Positions 43,370-53,700 of a DNA stretch of 64,000 bases are shown here, piece by piece. Under the pieces are notes generated by a model. The model worked only from the letters and a program-made list of their open reading frames with translations, had not been told where the DNA came from and ran no database searches. Position numbers and translations under genes: made by a program. Positions within the stretch are counted from its first letter, which is position 1; every line of letters starts with the position of its first letter. The DNA is from Macrostomum hystrix (Eukaryota > Animalia > Platyhelminthes), in NCBI GenBank assembly GCA_950097015.1, contig CATNEN010000007.1, positions 682,001 through 746,000 of the forward strand. Direction: 5' to 3'.

Positions 43370-44450
43370 TCCGGAGCAAATCCGGACGAAATGTATGCAC
43401 GCCTCCACCGGATGAGAAACCGGACGAAATTCCGGATGAATGCCGGATCAAATGTATGCAGGTGTCTACCGGGTGGAAAACCGGACGAAATTCCGGATGA
43501 ATGCCGGATCAAATGTATGCACGCCTCCACCGGATGAGAAACCGGACGAAATTCCGGATGAATGCCGGATCAAATATATGCGCGTGTCTACCGGGTGGAA
43601 AACCGGACGAAATTCCGGATGAATGCCGGATCAAATGTATGCACGCCTCCACCGGATGAGAAACCGGACGAAATTCCGGATGAATGCCGGATCAAATATA
43701 TGCGCGTGTCTACCGGGTGGAAAACCGGACGAAATTCCGGATGAATGCCGGATCAAATGTATGCACGCCTCCACCGGATGAGAAACCGGACGAAATTCCG
43801 GATGAATGCCGGATCAAATATATGCACGTGTCTACCGGGTGGGAAACCGGACGAAATTCCGGATGAATGCCGGATCAAATGTATGCACGCCTCCACCGGA
43901 TGAGAAACCGGACGAAATTCCGGATGAATGCCGGATCAAATGTATGCACGCCTCCACCGGATGAGAAACCGGATGAAATTCCGGATGAATGCCGGATCAA
44001 ATGTATGCACGTGTCTACCGGGTGGGAAACCGGACGAAATTCCGGATGAATGCCGGATCAAATGTATGCACGCCTCCACCGGATGAGAAACCGGACGAAA
44101 TTCCGGATGAATGCCGGATCAAATGTATGCACGCCTCCACCGGATGAGAAACCGGATGAAATTCCGGATGAATGCCGGATCAAATGTATGCACGCCTCCA
44201 CCGGATGAGAAACCGGATGAAATTCCGGATGAATGCCGGATCAAATGTATGCACGCCTCCACCGGATGAGAAACCGGATGAAATTCCGGATGAATGCCGG
44301 ATCAAATGTATGCACGCCTCCACCGGATGAGAAACCGGATGAAATTCCGGATGAATGCCGGATCAAATGTATGCACGTGTATACCGGATGAGAAACCGGA
44401 CGAAATTCCGGATGAATGCCGGATCAAATGTATGCACGTGTATACTGGAT
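43370..44450. repeat. 61-bp subterminal tandem array of the CACTA element, about 17 copies
   Basis: Unit ccggatgagaaaccggacgaaattccggatgaatgccggatcaaatgtatgcacgcctcca; same motifs are dispersed at 49400-49760. Confidence 0.93.
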
Positions 44451-45283
44451 GGTAAAGCAGATGAAATGTTAAAGAACTAAGTAACGTTGCAACAACAAGA
44501 CGAAATCTTTTGAAAACGTAAGAAAACAAATTGCTGAAAACACCTCAAAGAAAGCAAGGTATATTGCACACAGAGGGTGGCCAACCTCTAATGCATTGTG
44601 CTGGATAGAGTAGTGGAAGCAGAATATTGAAGTGCAAGATAATTTTAAAAGTTGCGTGTAGGTAAATATGCAAATACACAATACATTGAAACATTGAATG
44701 GCAAAACCTCACATTAGGTGAAAAAATCAGCAGAAATGGAGAATGAAACGAAAGGAAACGTTTCGGGGGGCCATTACTACCAGTTTCACAAAGTGGTAGT
44801 AAATACTACAAATTACTACCAGGCACAAAAACTAGAACTTTCACAGAAGATAAACTTCCATCTTCACAAAAAACAGGCGCAGAAAAAAAGTCACTTATAA
44901 AACGGGATCGACAACAGAAAGAAAAGCGATCGTATATATATATTTCTTCTGTACTGGGGGTGAAACAAAAAGTGTCAAAAAATAAAACCAGGAACGCAGA
45001 CCCGAGGGCGACATTACCTATCTGCACAACAGTGATTACTGTTACTGTTCTAAGACACCCACCATGATGTGCAGATTCATATAAATTGACCCGCACAGCC
45101 CACAGTCAAAGTTAGTGACTCTTAGACTGTACGGCGCTAGCCATGGAGCTGAATGAAGCTGCCACACCCGCCCTACTCACCAGAATAATCAACTAAATAT
45201 AGTCGAATTTCAAAACTTTTGGAGTATCCCTCGTATATCCTATAGTCTGCGACTAAACGACTGGCACACGAATATATAGCCTA

Positions 45284-47279
45284 CTAGCCCATCATGGAAA
45301 GTAGCATATCTTCCGCATTGTCTACATCGCCGGCCGGGTGCTGACTTGTGGGCCCAACCTCTGCGAAGACAGTTCTCGCCAGGCCGAAGATCGCGCTAGC
45401 GGGGGCATTGTCCGAGTCAGCGGCGACTTCTTCCGCCTCACTCGTCGGTCCGATTATGCGCAGAATCGTACCCCTGTCTTCGTGTCTGCCTGTCCCCCGT
45501 TTAGCCGAGCTGCCTGGCCCTGATTGGGCAGAGCCGCCTCGCCGTGGCTTGGCAGTCTTTGTACCAGGCCGACCGTTTGGTGTGCCACGGGTGCGCTTTG
45601 GCATCCCCAGTCTTTCCCGTGCGGTTTCACAGCAGCGCGTAAACGCGCGCTGCAGCTCTGCAGAAGTGTACTGCACGGCAGCATTGGCAAGCCACTGCTT
45701 GGCGGCGGCCAGCTTTCCGGGATTTGCCGGCACTGAGATGTAGCCGCAAGACTTGCGACCTGACAGGCTACTATTCGCCAGCTCGGTGTCAGTAAAAATG
45801 GCCCTGAAAAGGGCTCTGATCGTCGCCAGTCGGGCCGATCGGCGCGCTAAAAGAAGCTCAACCTCGTCGCGCTCATCGAGATCGACGCACTCCATCATCG
45901 CCTTTTGCAGGTCGGCTAGGCGGCTGTCCAGTTCGGATCGGAGCTGCACCGACGTTTTTAGATAAGGTTGCTTGTCGGACAGTGACACTGCGCCACCTGA
46001 CAGCAGACTAGCCGACGATGGACCCGCCTTGTTGCAGGTGAGCAGTAAACGGCGAGTCTGGGACGCCGACAGCTCGCAATTAGCATCAAAGGCGCCACCT
46101 CCGGGGTCCGCTAGCGCGTCATCACCAGCGTCAGAAGCCGTGCTGTCCGACTCCACTGGATCTGCTGCTGTTGTTGAGATCGCTGCTGCGTCTGCAGAGT
46201 GTGGCACCATGCACTGTGAGGCCCGAACGATTAGCGCGTTAGCAGCCTTGACATTCCGTTCCAGGTTGGTGAACTTCGAATGTTCCCGATCTAATTGTCG
46301 CATGAGCTTTGCTTCCATCTTCTGTGCCACGACTGCCTTCTGCTGCAGAACTTTTAAGTCTTCTCGCAATCGGGCTTCAGTGACGCGGGCTGCCCGAACC
46401 TCGGAACCTGAAATATTGTTTTATTCAATACCCTGAACTACCAATGACCGGATGTATGTATATGTATACAAACAAAACATATATGTATGTATGCAAACAT
46501 GTACACATGCACTACGGCAGAACCTCAGTATACTCACCTTGTGCGTCAGTCAGTGTCTTGGCCCTTTGCAATTCGAGAAGGAGTCCTTTGCAGGACACGC
46601 AAGCTCGGGGCAGCTCTGTCGGCTGAGCGTGGACGTTAGTCAGGCCTGCGGCTCCAGAGGCTTCGGCTTTATTAGAAAATGGTCCCCGTACTAGCCTCCC
46701 TGGGTATCGCTTTGCGGTCGTTCGGTTGGTCTTCGCCGTGACAATGCAGACGCGAGAGCCTACTTGTACGGGAATAGCCGATTCCCGCGCAACGGCAACA
46801 ATAAGCGGTGCTGCCGTGGATCCATCAGTGCCAACAACTTGGGTCTTGTCAAGAAAAGAGTCATATTGGAAAAGGAAGTACCGCTGCGTCCTCTCTACTT
46901 TGTACGGCACCATGTCAGTCGACGGATTGCAACCTGCAGCTGTTGCGCCAGCCTGCAGAGCAGTAGTCGCCGCATCTGGCGTTTGGGTGTCACCTGCAGT
47001 CGTCACGTCAGCCTGCAGAGCAGTAGTCGCCGCATCTGGCGTTTGGGTGTCACCTGCAGTCGTCACGTCAGCCTGCAGAACAGTAGCCGCAGATCCCAGT
47101 TTCGAAACTGGCGGTTGGGTCTCCCTTGCAGCCGTCTCTTTCTTGCAAGCCACCATGGTGTCTCTTTGCAAAGAGACCTTGGCCGGCACCGTTTTTACAC
47201 TTGGGCGGTGTCGTTTCACCGGCATGTCGGCTTTCTGTTTTGCTGCGGTGCGTAATTTAGGTGCGGTGGCTTCATGCAT
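45284..47279 (-). CDS. CACTA accessory (TnpA-like) protein with coiled coil and BEN-like domain; exons 47279-46538 and 46407-45284 (621 aa)
   Basis: caag|gtgagt and tttcag|gt junctions join in frame. TIRALFRAIFTDTELANSSLSGRK...NPGKLAAAKQWL...RAFTRCCETARERL resembles the BEN-domain pattern. A 60-bp internal duplication lies at about 46950-47075. Confidence 0.7.
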
Positions 47280-47322
47280 AGTCGCTCTGGAAAGACGTTT
47301 TATAGTTAGTGTACTGAACTTT

Positions 47323-48846
47323 TTACACAGACGAGATAGGAGTTGTACTGCAACCCCATAGACCACAAGCGTTAAAGATCGTAGGTCGAAGACGTTGCCG
47401 AACGCCAAGTCGGTCCACATACTGTATACCATTCAGACGCAGATCGTTAAGTCCGTCAACTATAATAGGTAGACATGCCTTGGGATGCACCTTTCTAGTT
47501 CCTGCCCAGACTCCGAGCTTCATTACGAATTGCAACTTGTACCGGTCGTGAACTTCAACGAAGCACAAATAAAAGGGGCACACCTCAACAGCACTTGTCC
47601 TGCAAAGCGGGAACCCATCCGAGCATAAGATGCCGGAGACGTCGCTGCGACTCTCCACATCGATGCCATCGACGAATTCTTTGTACAGTTCGCTGCTACG
47701 CACGTGGAGGACCTCGGGATGTATGGCACGGTCGGCAGGGAACACAACGTGGTCGAGCATTCCACGCCACATCACAAGTGCTTTCAGCTGCATAGGACCA
47801 TCAAAGTGCCAGAAATTTGCGACGCTGCGTCCTCCGCAGTGGACGCACGTTGCGGTGCTTGGATCACACCGTCCGGGAGAGTTCTTGTAGCACTCGTTGC
47901 AGACTGTGGAGCACAGCGTCGTTCCAGAGAATGACTGAGCACTCTTAATCGCATCCCGCGCAGCACGTCCAGTTTTGGGCAGCCTGTTGTTGGGCACAAG
48001 GCGGTGCAACATCTCTAGAAGTCTCGTAAACTTCTCACGGGACAGTTTGAGGTCCTCCGCACAGGAATTGACCTCGAAAAGAGCCTCGCCTAGTGTGTGC
48101 GGAAATCCCGGGTGCCACTCTTCCAACAGCCGGGCGTTGATAGGACGCGGTTCCTCGCCATCCTCGGCTGTGTGGGATAAGCGGTCGGAAAAAATTACTG
48201 TATACTCAGTAAGACTCATTAGAGCACGACTCACACACAGTGCCCGGTGTGTGATTGTGTGGAGCAGCGTATGCAGGCAATGTGTATTCTGTATTGTGCC
48301 ACGGACAGTAATGCGTCAAAGGAATATTACCGTCTTCGTTGTCGTCCTCTTCGTCAGATGTATGGGACCCAGCGAACGTGTCTGCACCCGATGGCGGTTC
48401 CTCGCCATCATCGCTACCGTCTTCGCTTTCGTCCTCCTTGACGCTCGCAGAGCTGTCCAATGGCTCACCTGTGCGGGGTGAACGGTGCAAAAAATGTACT
48501 GTATAACCAGCCACATCATCTCAACGTCACATCGCCTCATAAAGACAAGTGTCTCACTTTCAGAAATGTCTGCAGGTTTTCCGTCAGTGTTGCAGTTGCC
48601 AGAGCTGGTAGCACCCGAGCTGGTAGCACCTGAGCTGGTAGCACATGAGCTGGTAGCACATGTGCTACCAGCAACTGAGCTGGTAGCACCCGGACCATTG
48701 TGCGCGGCTTCAGCTGATGCCCTTTCCTCAGAACGTGATCGGCTTACGCCAGCAGAACCACGCCCGCGTCTGGCAGACAGCCTGCGTTGGCGCATATATT
48801 GTCGCATCCAGTCGCGACGGTGAGTGCTACGATCATCGTCATCCAT
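47323..48846 (-). pseudogene. Truncated CACTA TnpD-type transposase; exons 48846-48558, 48468-48331, 48167-47323 (423 aa)
   Basis: CxxC...CxxC, then ILCSDGFPLCRTSAVEVCPFYLCFVEV...KLGVWAGTRKVHPKACLPIIVDGLNDLRLNGI, typical of CACTA transposases. It stops at IFNACGLWGCSTTPISSV*, before most of the catalytic core. Confidence 0.8.
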
Positions 48847-50755
48847 ACCTGATGCGCTGTATCGCTGTAATGCGGTTTGCTTCTTTACGACATTATCAGC
48901 AGTACGCAAAAAATTTCTAGACGGATTTTTAGCTAAGCTAAAATACCTAAGCATGCATTTAATTCTGAAATATATTCAGCATGTCTTTGTTCCTTCAACT
49001 GATAATATAATATACTCCCTTACTCCTTTTTCGTTATCGTGTCTTTGATCTGATTGCTGGACTGACAAGAAAGAGACGCTACAGAATGCAAGTAAACATA
49101 AGTTATGGAATCACAAAACATGACCCAAAAACTTAGGAAAATTCCATTAAACATAGGCCATAGGCAACATCAACAACAGTGTATTTAAATTGAAATTAGG
49201 GTAACATATGGCATGAAATTACTACGCCTTGTGCCACAAAATCTATGGCTTTTATACCGTATTTGGCGATACAGCTCTATAACTCAATACTTACGGGTAC
49301 TTCACTTATTTAAGTCACTCATTACATATTTCCTCGACGATTAACAACTCAACGCGGTCTTGCAAATTACATGCTCATAAAAAATCGAAGTCCCCTTTCC
49401 GAACTGTGTATTTCATCCGGACTTCGTCCGTTTCGTGCATCGGTCTTTATCCGGTTTTCGGCGGGTAAATGGACGGATGTAAAACCGGACGAAATTCCGG
49501 ACCAAAATATGCTTTCGTCCGGTTTTCATCCGGTTTTCAATCCGGCTGATTGTTCGAGTTTTATCGACGAGTCAACCGGATCAAAAACCGGATGAAAAAA
49601 GTCACAAAGAGAACTCTTTCATCCGGCTTTACTCCGGATTTTGGCCCGGTTTTTGCTCCGGAAACAAAACCCGGGCCAAAACCGGATCAAAATCTTTTTG
49701 GTCCGGAAACACCGCCAAAAACGGGTTAAACCGGACGAGGCCGGATGAAAACCGGATTACGACAGCCAGGCGGGATAAATTAAAAAGAACATGTTCTCGG
49801 AACAAACAAATAACATGTTCTGATTTGCCCATTAGGCAACCGTCGCGCATGTTCGATTACCGTTTCTTAGACCCTATCTCTGTAAACACGGGTGAAACTA
49901 GCGACAATGTCACAGCATACGGGCTCAAAAAAATAAGAGAAAATTCACGGCACAAAAACACCAACTTAAGATTTTTTAAAACATTTTTTCTTCTCTCCTA
50001 AAAATTTCAGTCCAGCGCTCGACTTTCCCTACTTTTTATCTTGGTGTCAGTGTCTGATTTTGGGAAACTTTCATAAGTTTACAAATCAATATTTTCTTAT
50101 AAAGAACTAATTTTCAGATCTGCATGAATTTTCTTCTATTTTCAATTTTCAGGCATCGGAAGGATGCTTGAATGCGAATATATTCTCGTTTTTTCACGTG
50201 GTTTGGATCGTATGCACAAAACAGCAAATATGTAATCTGAAATTCATACAAATAAATCTAGAACATTATTTTATTACTTCCATAATTATCTGCAGTTCCA
50301 TGACAATCAATCGAGATATAGGAAAACACATCCAATAATAAAATACTGAATTTTGTCCTATTAAATTCGAAAATTTCGATAAATTTTCTTAAGTATAAAT
50401 ACAAATCAACGAAGAAGGGAGCAAATCTCCTTTAGGAAATATCTTGGCGTCATGTAAAAACAGGCAATGTATTAAAACATTACTTGCTACGTCGCCTAAA
50501 CGTACATAATACTGTATAATCAGAAAGGTCACGCATTATCTAATAAAGGAGTAATACAATCAGCGTGATGAATCAAAATTGAGATGATATGGTTCCATGC
50601 ATGATTATCGTAAAAAATTAATGTATCTAATTTAACAAGCATTTTGTTGGATGTATTATTAATAAAAAAGATTTTTTAATCAAAGAAAATCTATCGGTTG
50701 TAAGAAAAATCTTAATTTCGACTTGCAGACTTGCCGACTTAATCGTAGAAAACCC

Positions 50756-53700
50756 TTAATTTAAAAAGCTAGAGCTAAAGTTTGTGCTTTCATTAACTGC
50801 ACAACTGCTGGCTGACTGGCTTTCAAGCATTTGCACCAGAAGCTTGTTGATTTTGCTCAGCTCCTGGATCTGATTTCGATGCTGTTCTTCGAGCCGGCGC
50901 ATCGCATCGCTGTGCTCTTCTCTGAGGTCTTGCAGTCCGCGCTGCACAGTTCCCGCCAGCTGCTCCATCTGTTGTGAGTGATTCTGCAGCTCAGTCTGCA
51001 GCGAGTGCAGCTGGAGTTGCGACTCAGCTTTCATCTCCTGCATCCTGTCATCCAGGCCGTCTTGCATTAGCTCCAGCAGCTCTACTTGCCTCTCGATGGC
51101 GCTCTCGCTCTCGCTCTGCATCTGCAGCAGCTGCTCCGTGTGGCCCATCAGCTCCTGGAGCTCTCCACGGTTCTGCGACACCGCCTGCAGCAGCTTGGGT
51201 CGCGACACTCGCAGCCTGAGCGCTTGCAGCTTGAGAAACTTCCGATAGTCGGGTGGAATCTCGGCGCCCTCGGCTGACCACCACAGCTAAAAGAAAGTTT
51301 AAATTTCTTTTTTATTTCAGTGCAGTGCGAGCAACCGTAAAGACTTTCCCTTAGACCGTCAATAGGAGCTACCTGCTCGGAGCCTTGTTGGGAGTGATTT
51401 TGAGTCAATCCTGTGTCACCCCCAGGGCGCTCCCAGCTCCGCTGGCACAAAATTAAGTGCTCAAGAATGGGTGCATGGACCACTAGGAATTAGTTATATA
51501 ACCAGAGAGCATGTGACGATCCCCCGAAAATTCCAGGTGGGAAATGCTAGCTCATCTTGAAATGTGGCCCAATCTTTCTAATTGATGGTACCAGTTTGCT
51601 ACTTGGCCCTTGGTATCAGTCCCTCCTGTTCAAACTCCGATAAGGTAGGCAACTACGCTCGTGACCCCTAGAAACAGAGACAAACAGACTCGGTAGAAAA
51701 TCCACGTTCAGTTTGGTACGGGCCTCATACCGTAAATGGTGAAAAGATGTTGGACAAAATAATAGCTCACCTCAGTCTTTCTGCTTCCAGAACCTTCGGC
51801 AGCAGCGCCGCAACTTCTATTGCAGATGCACAACTTTGCCAGATAGTAAATGAACGAAATCGGTGGTGGCAAGAAGCTGATGTGCCTGTACTCCTGCAGC
51901 ATGTCGTAGTACTTTCGTCTCCAAATTACTAGAGCCTTGTCTGCCATTCTGTTCACTGTCAGACTAAACAGAGCTATCAACAAGTTCACCATCACAATGT
52001 TGACCAGGATAAGGAAGGCAAATATCAGGATATTGTAGAACCACCAATGCCCTCTGGGATGGGCAAACTCTCCCATTTTGAGGTTAGTGGAATTCAGGTC
52101 GCTGGAATTAGCTTGCTGGAATTCGAACTTCTCAAATATGCCGAACATCATATAGAACGGCATGGTGAATATTTGAGCCGCCACATCTGAGAAGCCCTGC
52201 TCTTCGGATCGACTGGTCGCGAACGGGAATAGAAGAATAAAGAAAAATACGCCGAACGAGTAGAAAATGACGAATATCAGCAGCAAGAATGGTAGCAAGT
52301 CTTTAATGATTAGACTGCCGAGAATGGAGATCACGGGACCAATTTTGTGGTAGTAGTAAAGAAATGCCGCCGACCGGAATCCCCAGAGGAGGAACGAAAT
52401 GCTGAGCACAGTCTGGCTCATATGGCAGAGTCTTTCTCGAGAAGGACTGTAAACTAGAGCGGTGGTGTTCAACGAAATGCCAATCCACATAGCCAGAATG
52501 GCCAGAATATCGAAATAATTGAGCATGTCCTTAAAGTACTGCGGACACCAGAAGGTTGTGCCGAATGCAAAGGCCATGCGCCTGCGCCTGCGCCTAGAAA
52601 AGTCTTCAATCTCGTGGCAGATAAATGACAGCGCGTACAATGAGATGAGTAAGAGGAGGACCGACTCCTTTACTGGAATCTCTGCGGACGCTGGTAGCCG
52701 GAAGCAGATAATGTGGTAGGCAAAAACGCAGAGAAACACAATGAATGAGAGCAGATACGAATAAAATTTCGACTTGGCGGAGAGCTTCCAACAGGGGATG
52801 ATGGCGTCGGGCTCGCGAGCTGACCAATCACGGCAGACCAGGTGATGCAAGCACTCAGTGGCGAACAGCTCGTCGCAGTCTGATTCCTCTATCAAATTCA
52901 GCACCGTCTTGTGCCTGGATGTGCCGTCGAGTGTTGACCTGTTGGAGAACATCGGTCCCTTAGTTGAGCTCGTTCCTGACGTGTTGCTTTCATCTGATTC
53001 ATCTTCAAAGTCAATGTCACCGCGGATGTAGTTGTACAGCAGCTCGTTGTCTTCAATAAACCCGTTGAGATACAGATCATCTAAGCAGGTGGCAGTGATG
53101 GTGATGATTCGCTTCCTGAGCTTGCTTAGCTGATCATGCTTGCCCTCTTTGGCAGCAACCTTCGATCTTAACTGAATGATTGCATTCAACGCGCATGGAA
53201 TAATGTCGAATTGCCTAATGATGATCAGGTCCGGCAGGATGTTCACCCTCTCGTGGAGGGCAGCTATGTCCGATAGAGTGAGATTCGACGTGTCAACAGA
53301 TTTGCACCTTGACATTCGACTCAGCGAAAACCGCTGCTTCGTCTTAACTTTTTCTAAGCCATTCAAGCCTTCCTCTTTTGGCGCCGCAAAGTTCTCGCTG
53401 TTTGTTAGTACGTTCAGCAACTCCTTTTCGGTTTGCAGATTTAGCAGCTTCAATCGGATTGCACAGCGAAGAATGACTGGCGAGTCTTGCTCAAACGCTT
53501 TGCATAGGATGCTTATGTCGGCGTCAATTGTTTTAGATTCCTTGCCAAGGCCCGCACCACCGTTGCCCTCATCCTGACGCTGGGCATTCCGGTCTCTTTC
53601 AGCCTCAGCAAGGACGGAGGCGTCGGCGATTAGTGCGAGGGCCTTTCTAGCAGTCTCCAGGTCAGGTAGCTTGAGTCCGCTCTTTGGCGGGTCGATCAGG

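Larger units (their letters stand above)
43141..49774 (-). mobile_element. CACTA/EnSpm (CMC)-type DNA transposon, probably non-autonomous
   Basis: Perfect 34-bp TIRs (cccgcctggctgtcgtaatccggttttcatccgg at 43141-43174 and its reverse complement at 49741-49774). 2-bp direct repeat AT at 43139-43140 and 49775-49776, CCC...GGG ends, ccggatgaa-type subterminal repeats at both ends and an internal transposase-like gene. Confidence 0.9.
42819..49857. mobile_element. MITE-like element (~70-bp imperfect inverted repeats at 42819-42888 and 49783-49857), split by the CACTA insertion
   Basis: atcgaacatgcgcgacggtcgcctaataggcaa...gaacatgttatttgttccgagaacatgttcttt on the left matches the reverse complement of 49783-49857. 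Confidence 0.65.

Noticed and set aside
50756-51208. Separate small coiled-coil gene
   Set aside because: Splices in frame to the TRP channel ORF as its last exon.
51330-51700. Possible structured ncRNA in the TRP intron
   Set aside because: GC-richer than its flanks, but no recognisable box C/D, H/ACA or pol III motifs and no second copy in the window.
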